This document shows, in pieces, positions 17,892 through 27,462 of a DNA stretch of 64,000 bases. Each line of letters opens with the position of its first letter. Position 1 is the first letter of the stretch. The notes under the pieces are model-generated. The model made no database searches. It saw nothing but the letters and a program-made list of their open reading frames with translations, and was not told the origin of the DNA. Both the position numbers and the translations under genes were made by a program. Origin of the DNA: Candidatus Kaiserbacteria bacterium (GTDB taxonomy: Bacteria > Patescibacteriota > Minisyncoccia > Phycocordibacterales > UBA918); assembly GCA_016699245.1 (NCBI GenBank), contig CP064968.1, positions 379,331 through 443,330 on the forward strand, read 5' to 3'.

Positions 17892-18440
17892 CTACTTGAG
17901 TGACTGCCAGTACATCTGTTCCTTGAGGAGTTTGATGACCTCATATAAGAGATCTTTAATCGTGGTAGTAATTTGGTTTATGCGGTCGGTCTTGTTGAAT
18001 TCGACAATTTCACCGGTTATTTTTTTATCTTTGAGCATGTCCTTAATCTCGGGGAGTAAGTCACTATTCATCTCAAGACGTTGGGTGACTTGGTACGTGC
18101 CCGTATGATCGCGAGTCGCGATATAGACACCTTCAGTGTTGTCACCTTTCGGTCCATTGTTACAAAGGTACCCCCAGGTTTCATCTTTCTGATGGTATGC
18201 CATTAATTTACCTTCCACATAGCCTTGATAGGCGGTAACGACGGAGAGTGCTTCAGCAGTATATGTGGTGGCCTCGATTGTGCTATTGGTTTTCGCTGCA
18301 AAAATCACCGTTTCATCATTACCCACAACGCTACTGATATACATGTCGGTAGGGAGACAACTGAGAGCCTGTGCAGGGCTAGAGGTAATAGTAAATACAA
18401 CAAGAACGAGTGCAGGGATGATATATAAGCCTTTTTTCAT
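17892..18440 (-). CDS. secreted hypothetical protein
   Basis: Signal peptide MKKGLYIIPALVLVVFTITSSPAQA. Confidence 0.45.
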   Translation of the reverse strand: MKKGLYIIPALVLVVFTITSSPAQALSCLPTDMYISSVVGNDETVIFAAKTNSTIEATTYTAEALSVVTAYQGYVEGKLMAYHQKDETWGYLCNNGPKGDNTEGVYIATRDHTGTYQVTQRLEMNSDLLPEIKDMLKDKKITGEIVEFNKTDRINQITTTIKDLLYEVIKLLKEQMYWQSLK

Positions 18441-18550
18441 ATGAATATGTATACGCGGTTAATTAAGTATATAGACGATTTACCCTCCTTTGTCTTACGT
18501 TCTTCCATAAAGCCACATTTCGTTAGAGTGTGACTGACTGGAGACATATT

Positions 18551-19192
18551 ATGAGATATCTAAAATCAATATATACTTACTCTATAATGCAAAATCAGGA
18601 AACGGAGTATTCGATAGAAGATTTAGAAAAGTTTATGAAGCTTCTTCATGACGTTGAGCGGGTTAAGCGTGTAGCGAGACGGCCCGACGAAAAGGAAGTG
18701 ACCAATACTGCCGAACACACATTTGAGTTGACCCTCCTCTGTTGGTACATCGTCTCTGTGCAAAAATTAGACCTCAATCTTGAAAAGGTCTTACAGTATG
18801 CCCTCGCGCACGATCTTATAGAAGCCTATGCCGGCGATACCCCTATTCATGATGAAGAAGCCAAGAAGACGAAAGTTGCGAGAGAAGCCGCAGCACTTAT
18901 ACAGATAGAACAAGAGTTTCCAGAATTCGGTGATTTACTCGCTACCATTCATGAATATGAACGACGAGACAATCCTGAGTCTCGATTCGTGTATGCTGCA
19001 GATAAATTGGTTGACCCTTTGAGTATGAGCATGGAAACGACTCAATCTATTTGGAAGGATTACAACGTTTCTTGGGATACAATCATAAAAAATAAAACAG
19101 ACAAAATTGCGTTTTCAGACGTTATTCAGAAATACTGGAATCAATTGATTAAAAAACTTGAGTCAAGAAAAAGTTTTTTCTTTGATGCGTAG
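18551..19192 (+). CDS. HD-domain phosphohydrolase (YfbR-like 5'-deoxynucleotidase family)
   Basis: NTAEHTFEL...HDLIEAYAGDTP metal-binding HD motif; ATG at 18551 has GGAGA 7 nt upstream. Confidence 0.7.
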   Translation: MRYLKSIYTYSIMQNQETEYSIEDLEKFMKLLHDVERVKRVARRPDEKEVTNTAEHTFELTLLCWYIVSVQKLDLNLEKVLQYALAHDLIEAYAGDTPIHDEEAKKTKVAREAAALIQIEQEFPEFGDLLATIHEYERRDNPESRFVYAADKLVDPLSMSMETTQSIWKDYNVSWDTIIKNKTDKIAFSDVIQKYWNQLIKKLESRKSFFFDA

Positions 19193-19418
19193 GGAAACGG
19201 TGAGCAAAGATGTAGACAGATTGCATTCTTTTCGCAAAAAATAAAAAGCCCATGGAAGTGTCCCATGAGCGTTGGTGTTATTGAAGCGAGTACCGTTTCA
19301 TAAACAATGCGTAATTCAACTACAAAATGATAAGGGATGTTAAAGACATCTAAACATACTCAATCATCTCATGATAAAAGAACTGTATTAAAACGCTTGT
19401 CCTTGGCCGAGCGTAAAA

Positions 19419-19613
19419 TTACTTCCGATAATCAGTACTTGTATTACCGTTCTGGTCAGTGTGAACGACTGCGATGAGTTCCTTGAAACCCATCCCCAGA
19501 GAACCTGAGTGATTTTCATGAACATACGCATGAGACGATCCATCTGGATGAGTGTTTATATCGACTTGACCAACAAGTTTCCCGTTATCGTAATGCTTCT
19601 GAGTGCTTGTCAT
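19419..19613 (-). CDS. small hypothetical protein (64 aa)
   Basis: Good RBS aaaggaag upstream of ATG on the minus strand. Confidence 0.4.
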   Translation of the reverse strand: MTSTQKHYDNGKLVGQVDINTHPDGSSHAYVHENHSGSLGMGFKELIAVVHTDQNGNTSTDYRK

Positions 19614-19898
19614 GGCAACTTCCTTTCAAAATCTCTCACTGTGTTGATTCACAAACGAAACCATTAAACACATATGAGAACTACGATTATACAACATATA
19701 CATCCGCATAGCAACCAATTATCTACCCCACCGATTTCTGCATTTCTCTGGTAATTGCTCACAATAATATTCTAAACGTAATTCATTTGGTGTTTAGTGG
19801 TCTCAATCTCTCCTGAAATGCGTGGTCTTATTTCCAGCACGCTTTCATTATCCTCATGTATTTGAAAAATACATTATTCAATATTCTATAATGTGCTT

Positions 19899-20450
19899 AT
19901 GAAAAAAATATCTGCAGACGATAAAAAACTCATAAAGGGACTAGGCGCGGAAGTAAAAGTACTCCAAGAAGAGTTGGTTCGCGCATATAAACTCGAGGGA
20001 AAGGATGACTACATTGCAGTAAAGATACAAAAGAAACAAGCACATGCAGAAAGAATCAAAATAGACGATGCAACAGATAAAGTGATAGCAAAGTTTTACC
20101 TTGAAATAGACATTACCGCAAAGCAAGCAAATGTGTTTATTCCCCTTTCTATTGCTTCAGGAAAAAAGACCGCTGGTTTTATGTATCAGATTGAGGGCAC
20201 CGCTCCAGGCACAATTGCTACTGCAAATGTACGGGTGCGCGGTGCGGGTATCACACAAGTGACCGTGGGCACCTTGCTCTACGCAAAGATTCCTGGAGGG
20301 ACAACAGCATCATTTCAGATTCATACTGAGGTACGCGGTATATTTGGCAAATCATACAAAATTGTCTTCACACGTTTAAATTACAAATTAAGTATCACTG
20401 ACGCACGTTACCAGCAATATCTGAAAGAAATACACTCAGAGAGTATATAG
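19899..20450 (+). CDS. hypothetical protein
   Basis: 184 aa ORF; no known motifs. Confidence 0.45.
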   Translation: MKKISADDKKLIKGLGAEVKVLQEELVRAYKLEGKDDYIAVKIQKKQAHAERIKIDDATDKVIAKFYLEIDITAKQANVFIPLSIASGKKTAGFMYQIEGTAPGTIATANVRVRGAGITQVTVGTLLYAKIPGGTTASFQIHTEVRGIFGKSYKIVFTRLNYKLSITDARYQQYLKEIHSESI

Positions 20451-20592
20451 CGTCTTTTCTATTTTATTACATCCCGAGGTTGCCACTAGGGGTTTGTTTG
20501 CCGTTCCCTACAGGGACATTCATTTCCCCACACCTAAATCTGGTAATACTTTTGTTATTTACACGGCAGGTTAATAAGAAGGCATTTTATCC

Positions 20593-20865
20593 GTGTATTT
20601 AAAATATAATTCTATGGCTGATACAATTATTTCGAACATTCCAGGCACAAATGACGACGCGAGTAGTGGGTGGATAGTGGCACTGGTCATTATTTTTGCA
20701 ATTATTATTGGGAGTACAGTTTTGTATCAAAGAGGTTTCTTTGCTACAGAAACCGGAAGCACCACCAACATTAATGTAACAGTTCCCGACCCGGTAAAAC
20801 CAGTGACACCAGTTGCAGACCCCGTGAAGCCAATCACCACACCAACGACTCAAGTTACCGAATAA
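20593..20865 (+). CDS. small membrane protein with Pro/Val/Thr-rich tail
   Basis: One TM helix WIVALVIIFAIIIGSTVLY; followed by a terminator. Confidence 0.4.
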   Translation: MYLKYNSMADTIISNIPGTNDDASSGWIVALVIIFAIIIGSTVLYQRGFFATETGSTTNINVTVPDPVKPVTPVADPVKPITTPTTQVTE

Positions 20866-20908
20866 TCTAGGACAAGAAAATGCGTATGTGTTTCCTCGGT
20901 GGACATAC

Positions 20909-20940
20909 AAAAAAGAAGCAGGGTAGCTGCTTCTTTTTTG
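20909..20940. terminator. bidirectional rho-independent terminator
   Basis: aaaaaagaagcagggtagctgcttctttttt. Confidence 0.8.
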
Positions 20941-20967
20941 CGGATCTGCTTTTCATCTGCACGTACA

Positions 20968-21138
20968 TTATTCAGACTTGTTTTCTTCATGTTCTTTTGC
21001 GATTTTGGTATGCTCTTCTGCTGCCCTCTCATGTGTTTCGGCAGCATTCTGATGATCTTCTTCTGCTTGCTTCTCAGTGTTTTTCACCGTTTCATCTGCT
21101 TCTTTTGCGTCAACATCTTTTGTATCTATATCTGACAT
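20968..21138 (-). CDS. small acidic protein with His/Glu-rich A-E-x-H repeats (56 aa; not in the >=60 aa ORF track)
   Basis: MSDIDTKDVDAKEADETVKNTEKQAEEDHQNAAETHERAAEEHTKIAKEHEENKSE on the minus strand. The plus-strand ORFs here run through the terminator and are spurious. Confidence 0.35.
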   Translation of the reverse strand: MSDIDTKDVDAKEADETVKNTEKQAEEDHQNAAETHERAAEEHTKIAKEHEENKSE

Positions 21139-21482
21139 AATATTTTAAATTAGTGATGAATATGCGCATCGACCCGTCTCAGAGTGAGCCGTTTTAATCA
21201 GAAGTAAATTACAACAATGCAGATCAGATATTCTACGTTTAGCTATATAGATATCATGAGATACTCAACTTGACCGTGTGGAAGATTTGTAATAGGAGCA
21301 CATCATGCACGGCATGTATGCATACACCTCCAAATCAACATCTGAAAATACAGGTGCAGTCCAAGTACATCGGGTATTGCAATGCTGAAGAAAATCTATG
21401 AAGCACAATCTTTGGGATAGGTCTGAGCAAAACATCTCAGCAAAGACTAGAGAGTACACATGTAATAAACTAATCACAAAAT

Positions 21483-21821
21483 ATGATAAGCGAATCAAGT
21501 CGCCCACTGTATAGAGGGGCGCAAATAGTGTGGTACGCCTTCTCAGTGGTTGAAGGGCTCCTCATAATCCGGTTTATACTGAAACTGCTCAACGCAAATC
21601 CAGAAGCGCTCTTTACCAGTCTCATATATTCATTGTCGAATATATTTGTACTGCCCTTTCTGGCTGTGTTTAAAAATATGAGAGTAGAAACGAGCGTGTT
21701 TGAATGGACAACATTGCTCGCAATGCTCGTATATTGGATTCTCACGGTTGCCTTGATTCGATTATTCATTATGAGTAAATCAGTTTCTTCAATGGAAGCA
21801 GACCAAAAGTTAGTCGAGTAG
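21483..21821 (+). CDS. YggT-like small membrane protein
   Basis: Two or three TM helices with basic loops; weak resemblance to the YggT/Ycf19 family. Confidence 0.35.
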   Translation: MISESSRPLYRGAQIVWYAFSVVEGLLIIRFILKLLNANPEALFTSLIYSLSNIFVLPFLAVFKNMRVETSVFEWTTLLAMLVYWILTVALIRLFIMSKSVSSMEADQKLVE

Positions 21822-21875
21822 AGCAACACAAGTGACGGATCAAAAAAATAATTATTATTTTTAGAAAAAATTTAT

Positions 21876-22127
21876 ATGGAAATTATATTATGGGTGATAC
21901 TCGGAGCAGTTGCAGGATGGATTGGATCATTGATTATGAATACTGACGGACAACAAGGAGTCATGCTTAATATTGTTGTCGGTATTATTGGTGCAGTTCT
22001 TGGTGGCTACATAATGAATTTTTTTGGTGCAGGTGGCGTCACAGGATTTAATTTGTACAGCCTCTTAGTTGCCGTTGTTGGTGCAGTGGCCTTACTCGCT
22101 ATTGTTAAACTGGTACGAGCAAGTTAA
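21876..22127 (+). CDS. GlsB/YeaQ/YmgE family stress-response membrane protein
   Basis: ILGAVAGWIGSLIM...NIVVGIIGAVLGGYI family signature. Confidence 0.8.
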   Translation: MEIILWVILGAVAGWIGSLIMNTDGQQGVMLNIVVGIIGAVLGGYIMNFFGAGGVTGFNLYSLLVAVVGAVALLAIVKLVRAS

Positions 22128-22140
22128 ATGAATACACGTA

Positions 22141-22175
22141 AAACACCGTGACCATTGGTCACGGTGTTTTGTTTT
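22141..22175 (+). terminator. rho-independent terminator
   Basis: aaacaccgtgaccattggtcacggtgttttgttttt. Confidence 0.8.
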
Positions 22176-22223
22176 TCCGAGTAATGATTTGCTATACTTC
22201 TACAATACAATCACAATCTGCAT

Positions 22224-22472
22224 ATGGAATCAAAGTCTATTCAAAAGAATAATCCCCTCCACGGCATTACGCTTAAAACCGTCGTCGAAGAACTCGTATC
22301 TCACTATGGCTTTGAGACACTGAGTCAAAAAATTAAAATCAAATGCTTTACAGAGAAACCAAGTGTAAATTCAAGTCTCACGTTCCTTCGTAAGACCCCC
22401 TGGGCACGAGAAAAAGTGGAAAAGTACTACATCTGGACATTTTTCAAACGTGACGGCACACGGAAGGACTAG
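22224..22472 (+). CDS. DUF2132/VF530 family protein
   Basis: [33 protein letters not shown]...[18 protein letters not shown] is the conserved VF530 block. Confidence 0.7.
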   Translation: MESKSIQKNNPLHGITLKTVVEELVSHYGFETLSQKIKIKCFTEKPSVNSSLTFLRKTPWAREKVEKYYIWTFFKRDGTRKD

Positions 22473-22647
22473 CACGAGCATATGAAGATAGTTTGATGCG
22501 TACATTCTTTATTTTTATTACCCCCACAGTGTGAAGGTATATACCCCCTACTCATACCCTGTAATAATCACCTTTCCACAACGGCTTCTATTATAGACCG
22601 ATACTTAACATTGGTGGTTTTGTCACATTATTGAACGTATATTTATC

Positions 22648-23424
22648 ATGGAAAACAAGAAAAAAATTTTAGGAGCTATTGTTGTACTGGGAATATGTCT
22701 AATTATGGTTATTGTTGGTGTACTGTATACGAAGTCCCGCAACATTAATGAACCAACCAATGAAGTTTCTTATATTCAAGAAGTTAAACAGGAAAAACCT
22801 GTTGATATTGCGCTCGACTTCTATAACAAATGGCTTGATGCAGTTGTGTCCACTACGACAACCCCATATGCAACCGGCCTTGCGAGTGAAAAAATTCTGA
22901 GCGATGAACTACGTGCTGTGCTTATAGCAAGCGAACGTCGTTTAAATACAGAAATTGACCCTATCCTCTGCCAAACCACCACTCCTATGCGCGCAACAGG
23001 ACGAGTAGTATCTACAGGAGAGAATGAAGCCCGCATACTGATTATGGCAAAAGAAAAAGAACTCACTGCTCAATCCGTATTTACGCTAAAACGTATCGGT
23101 GACGGATGGTTCATTGATAGCGTCGCGTGTACTCCAGGCGAATTTGCCCCACTTCGAGAATTTAGTTTTGAAAAGGAAGGATATCTTCTCAAAAACCTCC
23201 CCGCCCCATTCGACCCACAAAATTGGCACATAGTCTTTATTGAAGATGGTGAGGAGGGACACGTGGTACCACTTTTCTTTGATACTAAGACTGTATGTCG
23301 TACCACCCCGAAAACTGACGCACCCTGTGTCCCTGACCAATTCATGAGTGGTACAAAGATTCATGTATACAGCCAGATGACCGAGCGTGGTGCTGAGGTG
23401 AAACGACTTGAATTTATTGAGTAA
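22648..23424 (+). CDS. membrane-anchored hypothetical protein
   Basis: N-terminal TM helix ILGAIVVLGICLIMVIVGVLY; no known domain. Confidence 0.45.
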   Translation: MENKKKILGAIVVLGICLIMVIVGVLYTKSRNINEPTNEVSYIQEVKQEKPVDIALDFYNKWLDAVVSTTTTPYATGLASEKILSDELRAVLIASERRLNTEIDPILCQTTTPMRATGRVVSTGENEARILIMAKEKELTAQSVFTLKRIGDGWFIDSVACTPGEFAPLREFSFEKEGYLLKNLPAPFDPQNWHIVFIEDGEEGHVVPLFFDTKTVCRTTPKTDAPCVPDQFMSGTKIHVYSQMTERGAEVKRLEFIE

Positions 23425-23473
23425 TAGTCAAAGCACACAGCGTTGTTAACAATATCATTAAGAACACACATAT

Positions 23474-23722
23474 ATGAGTATTTTATTATGGATTCTCTTC
23501 GGGGGTCTTGTGGGGTGGATTGCATCATTAATCATGGGTACTGATGGACAACAAGGAATTATTCTCAACATCGTTGTGGGTATTATTGGCTCCAGTATTG
23601 GTGGCTATATTATGCATGCGCTCGGCAAAGGTGGAGTGGGCGGGTTCACGGTTCGCAGTTTCGCTGTAGGGGTTATCGGTGCAGTAGTACTCATCGCCAT
23701 CTTTCAATTCATTCGCGGATAA
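23474..23722 (+). CDS. GlsB/YeaQ/YmgE family membrane protein (paralog of 21876)
   Basis: LFGGLVGWIASLIMGTDGQQGIILNIVVGIIGSSIGGYIM. Confidence 0.8.
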   Translation: MSILLWILFGGLVGWIASLIMGTDGQQGIILNIVVGIIGSSIGGYIMHALGKGGVGGFTVRSFAVGVIGAVVLIAIFQFIRG

Positions 23723-23725
23723 CAT

Positions 23726-24133
23726 ATGAAAAATATCATCACACAGATTTTTGTCACACTCGGCGCACTATTTCTTGTACTTCTGTGTATCAGTGTATAT
23801 TTCTTTATCGCTGATCCACTTAATATTAAGCCACTTATCTTTGGTGATGTGTCATCAGAGGCAAATGGAGCGAAGCAGGAAGCCCCTGCACAAGAAAGTA
23901 CCGACACGACCACAGAAGGAACACAACAGTCTACTGGCTTTACTCTCTCCGAGGCACAGAAGTCGGCGCTGACCTCTCTCGGCATCGACCCCGCCGCAGT
24001 TCCTTCAACAATTAGCGCTACGCAAGAGGCGTGTTTTGTAGAGGCACTCGGTGCTTCACGGGTATCAGAAATCAAAGCGGGTGCCGTACCAAATGCGATT
24101 GAACTCCTCAAAGCTAAGCCATGTATTAAGTAG
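23726..24133 (+). CDS. membrane-anchored hypothetical protein
   Basis: N-terminal TM helix then Thr/Gln-rich segment. Confidence 0.4.
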   Translation: MKNIITQIFVTLGALFLVLLCISVYFFIADPLNIKPLIFGDVSSEANGAKQEAPAQESTDTTTEGTQQSTGFTLSEAQKSALTSLGIDPAAVPSTISATQEACFVEALGASRVSEIKAGAVPNAIELLKAKPCIK

Positions 24134-24251
24134 GAGGAATAAAGTGTATCCCACAATGCCACATGTATCACATGTCGCTATGCGCAAATGATTATTTCTC
24201 TATACAGGTTTGCTGTATACTTACACTACATTACTTAATATATTAAATCAT

Positions 24252-24527
24252 ATGCATCAAGGAAATTGGGTGTGCAGTGGGTGTGGAGGAGCAATCACCG
24301 AGTTACCATTTGAACCACGAAACACCACGGGGCTTTTGTGTCGGGATTGCCATCAAAACAAAAAAGGTGATAGCCCACGTCCGCAAAAACAGGAGGGTGA
24401 GCGACCACGTTTTTCGGGCGATTGGAAGTGTAGTGGCTGCGATACTGCAATTACATCCCTACCCTTTGAACCACGCGATACGTCCAATCTAAAGTGTATC
24501 GACTGTTTCAAAAAGTCAAAATCGTAA
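24252..24527 (+). CDS. small protein with two tandem C4 zinc ribbons (CxxC-x17-CxxC, DksA/TraR-like spacing)
   Basis: WVCSGCGGAITELPFEPRNTTGLLCRDC and WKCSGCDTAITSLPFEPRDTSNLKCIDC; start codon uncertain (TTG at 24210 or ATG at 24252). Confidence 0.5.
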   Translation: MHQGNWVCSGCGGAITELPFEPRNTTGLLCRDCHQNKKGDSPRPQKQEGERPRFSGDWKCSGCDTAITSLPFEPRDTSNLKCIDCFKKSKS

Positions 24528-24549
24528 TTTAGGAGTATTCATTGAATCA

Positions 24550-24597
24550 AAAAAACAGACTGCCTAGGGATACATCCCTAGGCAGTCTGTTTTTTAT
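24550..24597. terminator. bidirectional rho-independent terminator
   Basis: aaaaacagactgcctagggatacatccctaggcagtctgtttttt. Confidence 0.85.
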
Positions 24598-24972
24598 TTA
24601 GGCCCTCATCGCCATGCGAACTTGATTCACAACCTCTTTGGGAGTCAGATTTGCTTTAATGATATATTCTTCACTTCCCTGTTCAACTGCGTGCACAATA
24701 TTTTCTGGATCAGTCATATTGGTAAGGTACACCACATTTGCATGTTTGCCCCATGCATCTCTGCGAATAATGCTCATCGCCTCATGACCATTCATAACAG
24801 GCATCATAATATCCATAAGAATTGCATTTGGGTGATGCAGGAGAGCGAGCTTCACTCCCTCGCTTCCATCTTCTGCAGTGAGTACCTTGATTCCCGCAAG
24901 TGTAAAGGCATCTGAATACATTCCTCGAATATTTTTGTCATCCTCGACAATAAGTACGGTTGGTTTTTCCAT
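24598..24972 (-). CDS. single-domain response regulator (CheY-like receiver)
   Basis: VLIVEDD...phospho-acceptor Asp in ILMDIMMP...K at KANL; no output domain; no adjacent histidine kinase. Confidence 0.85.
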   Translation of the reverse strand: MEKPTVLIVEDDKNIRGMYSDAFTLAGIKVLTAEDGSEGVKLALLHHPNAILMDIMMPVMNGHEAMSIIRRDAWGKHANVVYLTNMTDPENIVHAVEQGSEEYIIKANLTPKEVVNQVRMAMRA

Positions 24973-25171
24973 GTGGTACTAGCGTATCACATTTTATTCA
25001 GAATATTTAGTACGCTCCGTGATGTATCTTCAAATTACACTATGTATTCATGGATTTTTTTCCCAATATCGCACTCAATCTTACTTCTACTCATACTGAT
25101 AGTTTACGCGCAGAAAGAAACACCGCTCGCGATAAATTGCCATAATAATATTTTCGTGTTATAGTTTTCAA

Positions 25172-25813
25172 ATGAATAACTTTAAAGGAGTTGACGGGAA
25201 GAAACGAGGGAACGATTTTGGCGGTAAGGCACGATTTGGAGACAAGCGCGGAAGTAGTTTTGGTGGTGGAGAACGACGAAGAAGTGGTGGCGTGGGTGGC
25301 GGTGACAGAGGTGGACGTGAACGCTCATCTGAACTTTTTGCGGCAACCTGTAGTGCATGCAAGAAGTCTTGTGAAGTCCCCTTCCGTCCGAGTGGTGACA
25401 AGCCTGTATTTTGCAGCGCGTGTTTCAATATGAAAAGTCGCGACGAAGAACGTGGCAATACACCGCGTGAATATGGGAATCGCAGCGATGCGCGGCCACA
25501 CAAATCTGCTTCATACGAAAAGCCATATCAAGAACATCGACCATCATACGAGGCCGCTCCGCAGGTAGCAAAGAATACTGATTTAATTGACATGAAGCGC
25601 CAACTCACGACTATCGAATCACGACTTAACCGCATCCTCGACCTCTTAAACCCACCCACACCGCCTACAAAGCCAGCACATGTGGCTAAGGCAGCCCATA
25701 TAAGCGATGATGATGACGCACCAATTAAGAAAGTCCGAAAACCAAAGACGGTAAAAGGCAAGATTCCAGCGAAAAAGAAGACTGCGAAAAAAACGACCAG
25801 GAAGAAAGCGTAG
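25172..25813 (+). CDS. Gly/Arg-rich protein with one C4 zinc ribbon and a Lys-rich basic tail (putative nucleic-acid binder)
   Basis: RGG-like N-terminus; CSACKKSCEVPFRPSGDKPVFCSAC (same CxxC-x17-CxxC/PFxP pattern as 24252 ORF); C-terminal KKVRKPKTVKGKIPAKKKTAKKTTRKKA. Confidence 0.5.
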   Translation: MNNFKGVDGKKRGNDFGGKARFGDKRGSSFGGGERRRSGGVGGGDRGGRERSSELFAATCSACKKSCEVPFRPSGDKPVFCSACFNMKSRDEERGNTPREYGNRSDARPHKSASYEKPYQEHRPSYEAAPQVAKNTDLIDMKRQLTTIESRLNRILDLLNPPTPPTKPAHVAKAAHISDDDDAPIKKVRKPKTVKGKIPAKKKTAKKTTRKKA

Positions 25814-25825
25814 TAATACAAACCA

Positions 25826-25858
25826 AAACCCCCGTATTTTTGCGGGGGTTTTGTTTTG
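25826..25858 (+). terminator. rho-independent terminator
   Basis: aaaacccccgtatttttgcgggggttttgttttg. Confidence 0.85.
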
Positions 25859-25925
25859 TATAACTACCTCGGTACTCTAATTATGTAGGATTTCGAAAAT
25901 TATTTGAGTGTTATCGTTCAAAACC

Positions 25926-25960
25926 ATGATTAACAAGAGGCCTCTCACAAGGGAGGCCTC
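25926..25960 (+). terminator. second rho-independent terminator about 70 nt after the first; may end a short transcript
   Basis: agaggcctctcacaagggaggcctcttttttc. Confidence 0.6.
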
Positions 25961-26150
25961 TTTTTTCTTATTTTCAGTTGACCCTGCGGCCGCATACCTG
26001 ATGAATAGCTACGCCTTCAAGCATATGCTCGTTTGTCTCACTGAGTAACTAGCCCTCACTGGGTAGAAAGAACTATGCGTAGAATGTAAGTATAGATCAC
26101 CAGGAGAACATGTGCTAGTAATGTGCATTATATAGGCGTACTATGGGTAG

Positions 26151-26726
26151 ATGCATAAAAACATCAGTATAGGAGTACTCGTTATCGCTCTCATCGGCTT
26201 TTTCATTTGGTCAAACACAAGTATTGCGCCCACAGAGGACGTGTCTACGTCGAAAGAAAAAGCAGACGATACAACTTCACACGTTAAAAATGAGCCTAAA
26301 GCAACCGCTTCTCAAACTCCATCTACACCTTCAGCAAAAGCTGATGCAGCTCACACACTCGTCCTCGCACACACAGGACTCACCAAAGTTTCAAGTGATG
26401 TGTTTACCAAAACAGACCTTCTCACGCTCGACCTCTCAAACAACAATCTCACGGGGTCACTCCCTGCGGAAGTACGTCTCCTCACTTCGCTCCGCACACT
26501 CAACCTGAGTTACAACAAATTCACCGGTGTTCCTGCGGAAATAGGGCAACTGAAAGACCTTGAGTATCTCGACCTTGCACATAATGAACTCACGGGACTT
26601 CCCCATGAATTAGGTAATTTATCAAACCTCAAAGAACTTATCCTCACTGGCAACAATTACTCACAGGCTGATTTGGATGTTATACAAAAATCACTTCCTT
26701 CAACTACAAAAATAATTACTGAATAG
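26151..26726 (+). CDS. membrane-anchored leucine-rich-repeat (LRR) protein
   Basis: LTLDLSNNNLTGSLPAEVRLLTSLRTLNLSYNKFTGVPAEIGQLKDLEYLDLAHNELTGLPHELGNLSNLKEL: five or six LxxLxLxxN repeats. Confidence 0.75.
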   Translation: MHKNISIGVLVIALIGFFIWSNTSIAPTEDVSTSKEKADDTTSHVKNEPKATASQTPSTPSAKADAAHTLVLAHTGLTKVSSDVFTKTDLLTLDLSNNNLTGSLPAEVRLLTSLRTLNLSYNKFTGVPAEIGQLKDLEYLDLAHNELTGLPHELGNLSNLKELILTGNNYSQADLDVIQKSLPSTTKIITE

Positions 26727-26764
26727 CACACAAAGTGCTCTATCCCGTACGGTATACTGATGAT

Positions 26765-27286
26765 ATGAAAGAAATCAATGCACATGCGTTCAAAGAAGCA
26801 CTCGAAAACGAAAAACGTAATGATGCAGTCGATTTTATTAATGTTTGTACTTCAGCTGAGTTCAAAGAAAAGTATATTGAAGGAGTGCGCAGTGTCCCTC
26901 TTGATACTCTTCAGAATCACCTCCCTGAATTTAAAGATAAAAAAACTATCTACATTCACTGTCGAAGTGGAGCACGTGCTCGTCATGCAATCGACATTCT
27001 CGAGAATCTGGGTGTAGGAGCAGAACTCATCAACCTAGAGGGCGGTATCCTAGCTTGGGAGAAAGCAGGTTTCCCTACAAAGGTATTTACACATCGGCTC
27101 CCAATCATGCGACAAATGCTCCTCACTGCAGGACTTTTGGTGACACTCGGAGTCATTCTCGCACTCACCGTAAATCCAAAGTTTGTATTTCTCGCGCTTG
27201 TAGTTGGATGCGGACAAATGTTTGCCGGTATCACCGGCTGGTGCGGACTTTCACACCTTCTCGAGAAAATGCCCTGGAATAAATAG
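26765..27286 (+). CDS. rhodanese-domain protein fused to C-terminal DUF2892/YgaP-like transmembrane domain
   Basis: Active-site loop HCRSGARA; C-terminal two TM helices with GITGWCGL. Confidence 0.7.
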   Translation: MKEINAHAFKEALENEKRNDAVDFINVCTSAEFKEKYIEGVRSVPLDTLQNHLPEFKDKKTIYIHCRSGARARHAIDILENLGVGAELINLEGGILAWEKAGFPTKVFTHRLPIMRQMLLTAGLLVTLGVILALTVNPKFVFLALVVGCGQMFAGITGWCGLSHLLEKMPWNK

Positions 27287-27462
27287 AGTCTATCTACTAA
27301 CCCCATCTACTTCGTGGTTTTCGTCCTTCTAACATTCACCGTATAATAAAATACGACTCATGTTTTCACTCCTCGACGCCTCGTATCTGAGGTCATTGAA
27401 CAGACTCTAAAATTACAAGAAATCACTAATAACCTACGCACGCAGGACTTTTTTGTACGTAG

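Noticed and set aside
20880-21140. Plus-strand ORFs 20880-21140 and 20899-21135 and minus ORF 20850-21047
   Set aside because: All run through the bidirectional terminator hairpin at 20909-20940. The coding signal here is better explained by the 56 aa minus-strand ORF 20968-21138.
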